In this document: in pieces, positions 41,763 through 51,339 of the stretch
Numbering within the stretch: position 1 is the first letter of the stretch
How the letters are laid out: each line of letters opens with the position of its first letter
NCBI GenBank assembly: GCA_965199755.1
Contig: CBDASZ010000001.1
Location: 64,001 to 128,000, forward strand
Direction of reading: 5' to 3'
DNA length: 64,000 bases
DNA from: an uncultured candidatus Porisulfidus sp.
GTDB lineage: Bacteria > Pseudomonadota > Gammaproteobacteria > Poriferisulfidales > Poriferisulfidaceae
The notes under the pieces: model-generated
Told to the model about the DNA's origin: nothing
What the model saw: only the letters and a program-made list of their open reading frames with translations
Database searches by the model: none
Program-made: the position numbers and the translations under genes

Positions 41763-42200
41763 ATGATATTTCCAAACATTTACACCGATCCTTTCGGTGC
41801 CTTAACCCGAAACTGGGGTACGCTGTTTCAGGGTACCCCTTCTGGCCTGTATTCGTCCGGGAACGGCTGGACGGTGCTGGTCGACATTGCCGACCACAGC
41901 GATGCCTACACGATTACCGCCGACTTGCCGGGAGTGAACCCCGATGATGTCACAATCTCGGTGGATGGCGATATCCTGAAAGTCACGGGCGAGCGTGCCA
42001 CTCCGAAAGCGACCGCTGATGAGGGGCCGCGCTACTACCACATGGAGCGAGGGCACGGTGCCTTTGAGCGGCGCTTCCAGTTGCCTGCGAACGTTGATGC
42101 GGACGCGATTGAGGCGCACTTTAACAAGGGCGTTTTGAGCATCCGAATCGCCAAGCAGCCTGAGGCTGCGCCGCGGAGTATCACGGTTCAGGTCAACTGA
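41763..42200 (+). CDS. Hsp20/alpha-crystallin small heat shock protein
   Basis: ADLPGV, ERGHGAFERRFQLP, GVLSI.I.K. Confidence 0.93.
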   Translation: MIFPNIYTDPFGALTRNWGTLFQGTPSGLYSSGNGWTVLVDIADHSDAYTITADLPGVNPDDVTISVDGDILKVTGERATPKATADEGPRYYHMERGHGAFERRFQLPANVDADAIEAHFNKGVLSIRIAKQPEAAPRSITVQVN

Positions 42201-42220
42201 TCGGCATACCTACCTGCCTG

Positions 42221-42256
42221 CGGGCTCGTCGAAGCGATTCGGCGAGCCCGTTTTTT
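42221..42256 (+). terminator. Rho-independent terminator after hsp20
   Basis: cgggctcgtcgaa-gcga-ttcggcgagcccg followed by T6. Confidence 0.9.
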
Positions 42257-42402
42257 GTGAGAAACTCAATGACGTAAATATGCGCCCTATCAACCCAGAA
42301 CTGCTCACTGACTATGATATATTTCCAGCAATAACTCCAAGAACAGTACTAGCCCTTAGTTTGATGTTCGACACCGCTAAATCCGACCCAAACTTAACAG
42401 GA

Positions 42403-42813
42403 TCACTTTATGAGAATCGCAAACCTTTCCTGTTCGAAGTGATGATCGCTTGATAGAACCTCTTCTATGGAGTTCTCCTCCATGACAATCATGGAAATAC
42501 AGTCTTGCATGCTATATTTCTTGTCAGGCCGTTCCTTGTAACGTTTTAAACCTTTCATTAGAAGATCGTGGGTTTGCGGAACAACCCTGACGTTTGCATC
42601 TTCAAAAACGTTTTGTACTATCTTCACTCCATACTCGCGCAAGTCAGAGCCGAGATTTGAAAGGCCGGTCAGAAACTCTACCAGCACCGTCTCAGTAGTC
42701 ATCACCTTAACCTGTCCCAAGGCAGCGAATGCCTGCTCCGCCGCTTTATGCCATTGATCTTGGGGGTTGGCGATGGCGACCCAATATGAAGTATCTGCGA
42801 AAACAGTTTTCAC
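42403..42813 (-). CDS. vapC: PIN-domain (VapC-type) ribonuclease toxin
   Basis: VFADTSYW, VLVE, YSMQDCIS, SSDHHF acidic PIN motifs. Confidence 0.88.
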   Translation of the reverse strand: MKTVFADTSYWVAIANPQDQWHKAAEQAFAALGQVKVMTTETVLVEFLTGLSNLGSDLREYGVKIVQNVFEDANVRVVPQTHDLLMKGLKRYKERPDKKYSMQDCISMIVMEENSIEEVLSSDHHFEQERFAILIK

Positions 42814-43721
42814 ACTTTGTCAGTTCCATAGATGTAATGGTCATGCTGGTGTGACAAATCTGTAGGCACTTTCTCCCATGCCTTCTCAGGAACTTTCTTG
42901 GAAAGATCCAAGACAACATCCTGAATACTGGGAACGTTAGGATCAAAACTGTCTCCTCCGGCAGGCTCAATTTTCAGCCACTCTACATTGTTAATTCTTT
43001 TTAGTGCTCCGTCCGGACCATACTCTCCGCACCCTCTAACGCGCAACTGTACAGACGCATAACCTATGAGCGCTTTGATGACGTCTGACTCTTGAGTGTC
43101 CGAGAACTCCACCTGCACATTCACTTTATCGTCTAACCAAATGTGAAAACATTTTCTGTGAACATCCACCACCAATACGCGACCAGTTATTTCCAACTCA
43201 TCTATATACGCGCTCCCTGAAGATTCAGCGAATCTTTGGCGCGCCTTCGAAGAAACAGGTGTCATTTCCTGATCAGGCGGTGCCAACTGCATCTCCGCGT
43301 CATCTGGCAACTTTTTCCCTAGCGGCACTAAATGAGACAGCATTTCTTTCGTGATGCCTTTAGGAAAAAGTTTCTCATTTTCAGCGGATTTAAGTGCTTG
43401 GTAGATCAAAGAGACCGACTCATCCACCAGCTCATGGTCTTCAAAAATCTCGCGTTGCCCCGAATTATCTCGCATTAATTCAAATGGAATAGTAGTGCTT
43501 CCCACTTCAATTCTCTTAATGACAAGTTTGGTGTGCTCATCAAAACTTTTAGGCAAGCGATCAGAGCCCGGATGGCGTCTCTTCCAGACAATCTTCGCCA
43601 TCTCCGAGACAATTTTCTGAAATCGCATCAGTTCTTCGAGGGCGCACGAATCAAGTGCACACTCGTCGTAGTGCGCGCCCTTAAAACGCAAGCACGCAAC
43701 TTCTCGCTTTTGATCGCTCAT
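42810..43721 (-). CDS. Uncharacterised 303-aa protein with C-terminal antitoxin-like peptide
   Basis: Clean low-GC ORF; ends PTDLSHQHDHYIYG; 4-bp GTGA overlap with the PIN gene. Confidence 0.75.
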   Translation of the reverse strand: MSDQKREVACLRFKGAHYDECALDSCALEELMRFQKIVSEMAKIVWKRRHPGSDRLPKSFDEHTKLVIKRIEVGSTTIPFELMRDNSGQREIFEDHELVDESVSLIYQALKSAENEKLFPKGITKEMLSHLVPLGKKLPDDAEMQLAPPDQEMTPVSSKARQRFAESSGSAYIDELEITGRVLVVDVHRKCFHIWLDDKVNVQVEFSDTQESDVIKALIGYASVQLRVRGCGEYGPDGALKRINNVEWLKIEPAGGDSFDPNVPSIQDVVLDLSKKVPEKAWEKVPTDLSHQHDHYIYGTDKV

Positions 43722-43977
43722 GATATAAACTCCATAAGGCGTAAGGCTTTGAGTTCCAGGAACATCTATAAGCCAACATTAACCTTGGATAGAGCATAAG
43801 ATTATATACAAGAGAGGGAAGTCCTGCGTGTGAAATTGCCGAAAAAATTAATAATAGATAGACTCTTCCAGAGTATTCTTTTTGCAGAAGATTATTCTGC
43901 AAAAGTCAACAGAAAAGACTGCGTGTTAAGAATTAAATCTCCCTCATCCCGTAAAATGGCGTCCCAATTCCCGGTAT

Positions 43978-44054
43978 CGGAGTGTAGCTCAGCCTGGTAG
44001 AGCGCTGCCTTCGGGAGGCAGAGGCCGGAGGTTCAAGTCCTCTCACTCCGACCA
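43978..44054 (+). tRNA. tRNA-Pro (CGG)
   Basis: CGGAGTG/CACTCCG acceptor stem, anticodon arm ctgcc-ttCGGga-ggcag, GTTCAAG T-loop, encoded CCA. Confidence 0.96.
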
Positions 44055-44086
44055 CGCGCCCGCACTCAAACCTTCCCCGCATTCTC

Positions 44087-44983
44087 ATGGACCGCAAGCT
44101 CGCCCAACAGACCGTACACGTCCTGATCGAGGCGCTGCCGTACATTCAGGAGTTCAGCGGCTGTTCCGTGGTGGTCAAGTACGGCGGCAACGCCATGACT
44201 GACGAAACCCTGAAATCCGGATTCGCGCGCGATCTGGTGCTGATGCAGCAGGTCGGCATCCGCCCGGTCGTGGTGCACGGCGGCGGCCCGCAGATCGGAG
44301 AGCGACTGGCGGAACAAGGCATTCAGAGCGAATTTATCGACGGCTTGCGGGTCACCGACCCTCAGACCATGAAGGTCGTCGAGACCGTGCTTGGTGATGT
44401 CATCAACACGGAGATTGTCGAACTGATCCGCCAGCATGGCGGACGCGCCGTTGGTGTCACCGGCAAGAGCAGCGGCTTCATTCATGCCAAGAGCATGCAG
44501 ATTGAACGCACCGAGTCGGGCAGCGACACCCCTGAGGTTATTGATCTCGGTCACACCGGAACGGTCACGACCATTGACCCGGATCCAATCGTAGCCATGG
44601 AAGATGCCGGCCAAATTCCAATCATCGCGCCCATCGGCATCGGATCTGACGGCGAGAGTTACAACGTCAACGCCGACACCGCCGCCAGTCATATCGCGGT
44701 GGCCCTGCAAGCCGAGAAATTGATGATGCTGACCAACCAGCACGGGGTACTGGACGCGCAAGGCGCGCTACTGAGTGGATTGACTCCCGACGCGCTCGCC
44801 TCACTGATCGCTGACGGAACCATTCACGGCGGCATGGTGCCAAAGACACGCTGCGCGATGAATGCCTTGATAGGCGGTGTGCACAGTGTGCACATCATTG
44901 ACGGGCGGGTGCCGCACGCCGTGCTTTTGGAAGTCTTTACTCGCGAGGGCATCGGCACCCTGATCTCGGCCGACGCAGGCTGA
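44087..44983 (+). CDS. argB: Acetylglutamate kinase
   Basis: EALPYI, VVKYGGNAM, VHGGGPQI, NVNAD, GGMVPK, IIDGRVPH. Confidence 0.96.
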   Translation: MDRKLAQQTVHVLIEALPYIQEFSGCSVVVKYGGNAMTDETLKSGFARDLVLMQQVGIRPVVVHGGGPQIGERLAEQGIQSEFIDGLRVTDPQTMKVVETVLGDVINTEIVELIRQHGGRAVGVTGKSSGFIHAKSMQIERTESGSDTPEVIDLGHTGTVTTIDPDPIVAMEDAGQIPIIAPIGIGSDGESYNVNADTAASHIAVALQAEKLMMLTNQHGVLDAQGALLSGLTPDALASLIADGTIHGGMVPKTRCAMNALIGGVHSVHIIDGRVPHAVLLEVFTREGIGTLISADAG

Positions 44984-44989
44984 GTCGAT

Positions 44990-47900
44990 TTAAGCCGCCC
45001 AGACTTCCTGTAGTTTGCGCCACAAGACCCGCGTTTCAAGCCGCAAATCGTCCACAATCAGGTAGATGCACGGCAGCGCCAGCAATATCAGGAAGGTCGC
45101 GAATAGCAAGCCAAAACCAAGGCTGGCCGCCATCGGAGTCAGAATGCGAGTCTGTCCACTGGCGAAGAAAATCAGCGGCGACACGCCAAGGAAGGTGGTC
45201 ACAGAAGTCAGCAGTATCGGGCGAAAGCGCGCCCGACCGGCATGCAGTACGGCCTCCATGCGCTCAATTCCTTTCCGGCGCTCCTCCTCAGCGAAATTGA
45301 TCAGTACCAGAGAATCGTTGACCACCACGCCAATCAGCGCCAGAATGCCGACCAGTGACAGGAACTGAACATGAATCCCAAGCAGTGAATGCCCAAGTAC
45401 CACGCCGACCAGACAGAAAGGAATGGAGAACATCACCACCAAAGGATCCAGCACCGACTTGAATAGCAACGCCAGAATGAAGAAGATCAGAATCAGAGCG
45501 ACGGTGACGGCAAATTGCATGTCCGTGGTCGCATCCAGTGCTTCCTGCTTCTCTCCCAGATAGGTCAGTTCCACATCATCGCGATACGCAAAGCGCTCGC
45601 CCAACTCCTGATCCACCAGATCCGTGATGATGCCGGCTGTGGTGGTCCTCTCATCCACATCGGCCGACACCGTGATCATGCGCTGACCATCGCGGCGATG
45701 CACGGAAGTCAGACTGCGCGTGGCTTCAATATCCGCGACGTCCTCCAGATACACCACGCCGTCGGGCACCACCACCGGAATCTTTCCGAAGTCCGCGGAA
45801 CTGCCGCGCGTGGATGGCTCATACAGCAACCGCACCGGAATCCGGTGTCCCTGAAAACTGGTATACAGCACCCGGTCACCTTGATAGCCAACCCGCACCG
45901 CGGCACCCAGTGCTGATTGCGTGAGGCCCAGCTCCCGACCACGATCATTGAGCGTGTACTGATACTCGACCTTGCCGGGCATCAGATTGTGCTGCACGTC
46001 TTCCACGCCTTCGATCTGGCGCAAGAAGTCTTTGATCACCTCGGCTTCGGCCAGCAGCACCTCAAAATCCTGTCCGACCAGACCGATTTCAATATCAGCA
46101 CCCGGCGGTCCGGCCTCAGGTGACATTACCAGCAGGCGCTGAATCCCGGTTACGGCTTTCAGGCGCTCACGGGTCAGCGAGCGCAGTTCCTGATTACGCC
46201 GCTCGCGCGTCCCCGCCGCATCAAAATTCAGACTGACCACCGGATTGACGTAGGTTTCCAGCCAGCCCTCTGGCGCTGACGGCGTCAACTCCACATTGAT
46301 ATTCAGCTGATTGCCACCGTAACTGAGTTTCTCGCCGAACATGGAGAAACCGATATTGGTCTGAATGTTCAGCACTTCGTCCTCGCGCAACACTTCACTC
46401 AAGGCCGATTCCACGCGCTCCGCAAGCAAGGTTGTGTCCCTCAGGCCGTAGGTGCTGGGCGCTTCGATGTTGATGCTGAACTCGTCCAGATCCAGACCAG
46501 GGAACTGGGAGTACGACAGCCGGGTCATTCCCCAGATCAGAACAATGACCAATATGCCAATGGTGCCCAGCAGCACCAGATAACGGTTGTGAATGCAGTG
46601 GTCAAGCACCGCGCAGTAGCGCGTATGCACTATCTTCCATATCTGATCCCTGCGCCGGTTGTGCTGCAGGCGCAGCAGTTCAGCGGCATGGCTCGGCATG
46701 ATCAGGAAGACTTCCATCAACGACCCCGCCAGCGCCGCGATCACCACGATCGGAATCACTTCCACATATTTGCCCAGTATTCCGCCAATATTGAACATCG
46801 GCAGAAACGCAGCTGCCGATGTCAGCACCGCGGCGATCACCGGCCACATGACTTCTTTGGCACCCCGCTCCGCTGCCACATGCGGCTCAATGCCTTCCTC
46901 CAAATGTCGATAGGAGTTCTCGGCGATGATGATGGCATCATCCACCACCAGTCCCAACGCCACCAAAAACGCCGTCGCGCTGACCAGATTGATAGTGTGC
47001 CCCGCCAATGACACCAGAATCACGCCGGTCAGCATGGCGACCGGGATGCCCAGCGCCGTAATCAGCGCGGTGCGGAAATTCAACAGAAAATTCATCGCCA
47101 GCAGCAACAGCAACAGCGCCACCACCCCGGCTGATTTCAGCGTCTGAAGCCGCCGTTCGATCCACACCGAGGTGTCCCGAAACAGGCCGTACTTGATGTC
47201 GGACTCGCGCGGCGTGTTAGCCAGAAAGTCCCGAATCCGCTGCACCACGACAGCAGAGGAGGAATACTCCGTCTTAAACACATACAGACCGATCGCAGGC
47301 GCACCATTGAAGCGCCCGGCGGTCTGAACTTCCTCCAGTTCCATGTTGATGAGGGCCAGATCCCTGAGACGCAACTGTCCGCCCTGAGGGTTGCCACGCA
47401 CCACCACGTTGCCGATCGCCTCCAGATCCTTGGCCCCATAACCGCGCAGCAAAATATCGCCTTCCTGCGCGTAAATCGTGCCGCCCGGAGTATCGCTCAG
47501 GTTGTCGCGCAAGGCGCGACGGACTTCTTCCAGACTGACGCCCAGCGCGGCCAGTTGCCGCGGATCGATCTGCACCCACATCTCCCAGTCGCGATCGCCG
47601 GTGGTGAAACGAATCTCGGACACTCCCGGTACCGTCAGCAGTTGTCGGCGCAATTCCTCCGCCTGCAGTTGCAGACGAAACTCCGACACCTCTCCATACA
47701 CCGAGACGTTGATTAACGGATGCGGTGACTTGATGCGCGTCACCAGCGGATCATCAGCCGCTTCCGGCAGATTGTCCATGGCCTGAACTTCGTCGCGAAC
47801 CCGCTGCAGCATGTCATCCACATCCGCGTTCTCAAGCAGCTCAATGCGAATATTGGAAGATCCCTCGCGCGACGTCGATGTAATATTCTTGATATCTGGC

Positions 47901-48115
47901 AGATCGTTGACTTCTTCCTCAATGCTTAAAGTCACCTGGCGTTCGACCTCACTGGGAGACGCGCCCTCAAACGAGGTCGCGATCTCGATCTTGTCCATCG
48001 GGATCACCGGGAAGATCTCTTGTGGCGTCTTCTGCCAGGAGAGGACGCCGACCACCACCACCACCACCATGACCAGGTTGGCGACAAAAGGGTTGCGCAG
48101 CGAAAAATGAATCAT
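44990..48115 (-). CDS. RND efflux transporter permease (AcrB-like)
   Basis: 1041 aa; GLVVDDAIII.EN, GVVVNDS, RFRPILLTSVTT. Confidence 0.93.
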   Translation of the reverse strand: MIHFSLRNPFVANLVMVVVVVVGVLSWQKTPQEIFPVIPMDKIEIATSFEGASPSEVERQVTLSIEEEVNDLPDIKNITSTSREGSSNIRIELLENADVDDMLQRVRDEVQAMDNLPEAADDPLVTRIKSPHPLINVSVYGEVSEFRLQLQAEELRRQLLTVPGVSEIRFTTGDRDWEMWVQIDPRQLAALGVSLEEVRRALRDNLSDTPGGTIYAQEGDILLRGYGAKDLEAIGNVVVRGNPQGGQLRLRDLALINMELEEVQTAGRFNGAPAIGLYVFKTEYSSSAVVVQRIRDFLANTPRESDIKYGLFRDTSVWIERRLQTLKSAGVVALLLLLLAMNFLLNFRTALITALGIPVAMLTGVILVSLAGHTINLVSATAFLVALGLVVDDAIIIAENSYRHLEEGIEPHVAAERGAKEVMWPVIAAVLTSAAAFLPMFNIGGILGKYVEVIPIVVIAALAGSLMEVFLIMPSHAAELLRLQHNRRRDQIWKIVHTRYCAVLDHCIHNRYLVLLGTIGILVIVLIWGMTRLSYSQFPGLDLDEFSINIEAPSTYGLRDTTLLAERVESALSEVLREDEVLNIQTNIGFSMFGEKLSYGGNQLNINVELTPSAPEGWLETYVNPVVSLNFDAAGTRERRNQELRSLTRERLKAVTGIQRLLVMSPEAGPPGADIEIGLVGQDFEVLLAEAEVIKDFLRQIEGVEDVQHNLMPGKVEYQYTLNDRGRELGLTQSALGAAVRVGYQGDRVLYTSFQGHRIPVRLLYEPSTRGSSADFGKIPVVVPDGVVYLEDVADIEATRSLTSVHRRDGQRMITVSADVDERTTTAGIITDLVDQELGERFAYRDDVELTYLGEKQEALDATTDMQFAVTVALILIFFILALLFKSVLDPLVVMFSIPFCLVGVVLGHSLLGIHVQFLSLVGILALIGVVVNDSLVLINFAEEERRKGIERMEAVLHAGRARFRPILLTSVTTFLGVSPLIFFASGQTRILTPMAASLGFGLLFATFLILLALPCIYLIVDDLRLETRVLWRKLQEVWAA

Positions 48116-48213
48116 GTCAGCCTCAAGTAATCCTCAAAGCCATAGATAGCGCCGAGGATCCAGCGCAGTTGCGGCCGCCGGAGACCCCAGAAACGGCCGA
48201 CGGCTCGGATCAT
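48112..48213 (-). CDS. 33-aa mini-ORF between the MFP and RND genes
   Basis: MIRAVGRFWGLRRPQLRWILGAIYGFEDYLRLT*; ATGA overlap with the MFP stop and ATGA overlap with the RND start. Confidence 0.45.
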   Translation of the reverse strand: MIRAVGRFWGLRRPQLRWILGAIYGFEDYLRLT

Positions 48214-49409
48214 GAGCCGTCGCGGATCACCACGCGGCGGCGGACATCCACCGCAGCCACATCACGCGCCACAATAAGCTCGCCAGCACGTACCGACCCC
48301 TCAATCACCTGCAACTCGCCGACGCGCGGACCCAGACTAACGTCCACCCGCTGCAAGCGATCTCCTTCAATGCGAAACACGGACTGCCCAGAAATCTCAA
48401 CGCGAACCGCCGCCACCGGCACCACCAGCACCCCGCGCAAGGAAGACAGCGGCAATCGCACCCGCGCCAACTGTCCCGACAGCGCGGCGTCGCCCGGAAT
48501 CCGCACGCGCAAGGCAAACGTATAGGTGCGCGGGTCCGGGTCCGCGCGCAATGCGACCAGCGTGCCCGGCACCTGCCTCTGGTCGACCTCCACATCCAGC
48601 ATCTGCCCCAATTCCAGTGCTGCGGCCGTCTCTCCATCCACCTCCACATAAAAGTCCAGCGCCGAAGAATCAATCACAGTCATCACGGGCTGATCGCCGG
48701 TAATGCGATCGCCGACTTCCACATCCACAGTATTGACCTGTCCGTCAAAGGGCGCGACCAGCCGGGTGCGCTCCAGATCTCGCCGCGCCCGATCCGCGGC
48801 CACTTGCTTGAGTTCAAGGCGCTGATCCGCGCCGTGGACCATCGCTTCCAGCGAGGCTTTCTCGGATTCGATGCCGGCCAGCATCTGTTCCGCCGCATTC
48901 AGCGCTGATTGCGACACCAGCGCTTTCTGATTCAACTCGCGCAACCGCTCGGACTCCTTGCGCTGCAAGTCGCGTTGGCGCGTCACCTGCTTCAGACGCA
49001 CGCGATCGCGTTCTACATAGCGCTGCTCCAGTTCCAGTTCCGCGCGGGCGGTGCGGTCCTGATCCATGAAGTCGCGATCATCCAGCACCAGCATCTCATC
49101 GCCCTTGCGTACCTGCATGCCTGGCTCCACCGAGCGCACCCGCAACTGACCGGTGAGATCAAAGCGCAACTCCGCGCTGCGCATCGGCAGCAAGCGTCCG
49201 GTGTAGATCGCTTCCGGCGTAATGTCACGCTGCTGCACAGCGTAAGCTTCCACCGCCATCTCCGGCAATTCGTTCAGTTTGGCTTCCGGCTTCGGCGCGG
49301 TCGCAAGCAGGCTCGCGGAAATCAGTGCCAGCAACACGAGCAGGGCGAGCGCCCACCGGCCCGAATGCGGAATGCGGCGCGCTACAGAATGCAGGACTTC
49401 ATGCGCCAT
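48210..49409 (-). CDS. RND periplasmic adaptor (MFP) subunit
   Basis: N-terminal TM helix, V.PG..V.KG lipoyl-like motif, coiled coil, APFDGQV. Confidence 0.92.
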   Translation of the reverse strand: MAHEVLHSVARRIPHSGRWALALLVLLALISASLLATAPKPEAKLNELPEMAVEAYAVQQRDITPEAIYTGRLLPMRSAELRFDLTGQLRVRSVEPGMQVRKGDEMLVLDDRDFMDQDRTARAELELEQRYVERDRVRLKQVTRQRDLQRKESERLRELNQKALVSQSALNAAEQMLAGIESEKASLEAMVHGADQRLELKQVAADRARRDLERTRLVAPFDGQVNTVDVEVGDRITGDQPVMTVIDSSALDFYVEVDGETAAALELGQMLDVEVDQRQVPGTLVALRADPDPRTYTFALRVRIPGDAALSGQLARVRLPLSSLRGVLVVPVAAVRVEISGQSVFRIEGDRLQRVDVSLGPRVGELQVIEGSVRAGELIVARDVAAVDVRRRVVIRDGS

Positions 49410-49566
49410 GCGTCACAGCCCCGAAGAAACGATAATACTCATAAATGCCATTATAGTAAGGGAAATGGCGTGACCCTAAGCGTATCAGGGTGAGTGCCGC
49501 GCAAGCACAACACCGCGAGAAAGGTTAAAATTGTCGTCTACCTGCGGCGTGGCGCGGCGTATCCGT

Positions 49567-49640
49567 TGGGGGATCGTCTAGTGGTAGGACTGCGGACTCT
49601 GACTCCGCCAGCGGGGGTTCGAATCCCTCTCCCCCAGCCA
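49567..49640 (+). tRNA. tRNA-Gln (CTG)
   Basis: TGGGGGA/TCCCCCA acceptor stem, gcgga-ctCTGac-tccgc anticodon arm, GTTCGAAT, CCA. Confidence 0.96.
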
Positions 49641-49737
49641 TTTGAACGCATTGCGCGGTGACGCAACAAGGCTTTTTCCGCATTGTGATGTTCGGGGTGT
49701 TTTGCGCGAATGGCGCAAAACAGGTACGCTTGTGCAC

Positions 49738-49827
49738 GGAGAGTTGCCGGAGTGGTCGAACGGGGCGGTCTCGAAAACCGTTGTGCAACGTGTTGCACCG
49801 AGGGTTCGAATCCCTCACTCTCCGCCA
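49738..49827 (+). tRNA. tRNA-Ser (CGA)
   Basis: GGAGAGT/ACTCTCC acceptor stem, anticodon CGA, long variable arm, CCA. Confidence 0.96.
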
Positions 49828-49845
49828 TTTTGAAGGCAGGCGCAA

Positions 49846-49882
49846 GACAAGGGTCTGTCCGCGAAACGGACAGACCCTTGTC
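49846..49882. terminator. Perfect 16-bp hairpin between convergent tRNA-Ser and porin gene
   Basis: gacaagggtctgtccg-cgaaa-cggacagacccttgtc. Confidence 0.75.
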
Positions 49883-49920
49883 CTCTTTCCTAGGCCATGC
49901 GGCCCGTATGCCGCTAAGGC

Positions 49921-50799
49921 TTAAAGCCCGAAAGCGTAGCCGATGCTCACCGTCAAGCGGGTCTCATCATCAATGTGCTTGTCGGAATCCACCACCGCAA
50001 TGGCGAAGTCCAGGTCACTGATGGTGGTCACATAGCCGATTTCGATGTAATCGCCTTCCGCATCGCCCTTGTCCTCGTCATCTTCAAGAACGCCGTAAGT
50101 GCCAAAAGTCACATATGCGCCCTTGTAGTCCAAGGTTAGCATGGCAATGTCGTAGTCGTTGTCGGCCGCGCCGCAGAAGTTTTCATGCTCGCCGATGGCG
50201 TAGTCCAGGGCGACCGTGAAGTCATCCTTGGCGTAGGCCACGCCGAGATTGATCTCGTCGTAATCCTGGTCGAAGCCGGTGCCAACACATTCCATCGCCG
50301 CCTCATAGTCGGCTTTGGTTGCAGCGTCCAGAGCATCGTATTCAGCCATCGTATACTCCATGTCTTCACCTTCGTCATCACCCACATACGTGTACTGATA
50401 AGTCGGTGTAGACGTCACCTCGCCACCGCCGGCAGGTGCCATAATCCGAGGCATTCCCATGACCATTTCCAAGGAGCCCTCATCATCCTCGGTATAGCGA
50501 TACGCGGTATAGCCGGCATACACTGACAAGCCGTTGTCGAACTCCCAGCCAAATCCGCCATACACGTCGATCTCGACGCCGCTGCCGGAGTCCAGATCAG
50601 CGAACCAGGTGCCCAGATAGAACGGCCCGGTCGCCAGATCAACGCCGCCATTGGCGACCGCGTCGGCCTGATGGAAGCCGCGATAAATGTAATCGGACAT
50701 CATGCCCAGATTGGCCGACAGATCCAGTTCGGCATGGGCGGGCAGTGACGCACCGCTGGTGACTACCGCAAATGCGGCAATTAATTTCCAGTTTTTCAT
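49921..50799 (-). CDS. TorF-family putative outer membrane beta-barrel protein
   Basis: Signal peptide, SDYIYRG..Q, GG.DL, EIDVYGG, aromatic C-terminal strand. Confidence 0.8.
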   Translation of the reverse strand: MKNWKLIAAFAVVTSGASLPAHAELDLSANLGMMSDYIYRGFHQADAVANGGVDLATGPFYLGTWFADLDSGSGVEIDVYGGFGWEFDNGLSVYAGYTAYRYTEDDEGSLEMVMGMPRIMAPAGGGEVTSTPTYQYTYVGDDEGEDMEYTMAEYDALDAATKADYEAAMECVGTGFDQDYDEINLGVAYAKDDFTVALDYAIGEHENFCGAADNDYDIAMLTLDYKGAYVTFGTYGVLEDDEDKGDAEGDYIEIGYVTTISDLDFAIAVVDSDKHIDDETRLTVSIGYAFGL

Positions 50800-50941
50800 T
50801 ACTATTCCCCTGTAATGTGACGTTTCCGTCGTTGTAGTATCCCACAAAACTTATACGATTCCAACCTTATCAGGCAGTATAGGTTCTGGGGAAAGTTTTT
50901 TGATCCGGGATCACGCCCGAATCGGGTTCAGTACGCGAGTA

Positions 50942-51337
50942 TTAACGTTTCGAGTACTGAATATCTTTGCGAGCCTTTCTCAGCCCCACTTTCTTTCGTT
51001 CTACTATTCTGGCGTCGCGGGTCAGGTGACCCCCTTGTCGCAGAATCGGACGATACTCTTCTTCATTCACTTCCAAAAGCGCCCGGGCAATGCCCAGTTT
51101 GATTGCGCCGCTCTGTCCTGTAATGCCGCCGCCGCGTACCGTGGCCTCCATATCGTACTGCCCCAACAGACCACAACTCACCAAAGGCTGGCATAACTGA
51201 ATGCGTGCCGTCTCGCGCCCGAAGTAATCCTCCAGGTCGCGCTTATTCACCCGCATCTTGCCGGTGCCTTCATACAAACGCACCCGCGCCGTCGAGTCCT
51301 TGCGCCGTCCGGTTCCCTGATACACCACGCGCGCCAT
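50942..51337 (-). CDS. rpsI: 30S ribosomal protein S9
   Basis: GTGRRK, GGGITGQ.GA, ERKKVG, terminal QYSKR. Confidence 0.97.
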   Translation of the reverse strand: MARVVYQGTGRRKDSTARVRLYEGTGKMRVNKRDLEDYFGRETARIQLCQPLVSCGLLGQYDMEATVRGGGITGQSGAIKLGIARALLEVNEEEYRPILRQGGHLTRDARIVERKKVGLRKARKDIQYSKR

Positions 51338-51339
51338 CG

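Noticed and set aside
48051-48070. (ACC)n simple repeat in the RND gene
   Set aside because: Encodes poly-Val in the first TM helix; a trinucleotide repeat is not a phase switch
49525-49845. ORFs overlapping tRNA-Gln and tRNA-Ser
   Set aside because: Spurious translations of tRNA genes
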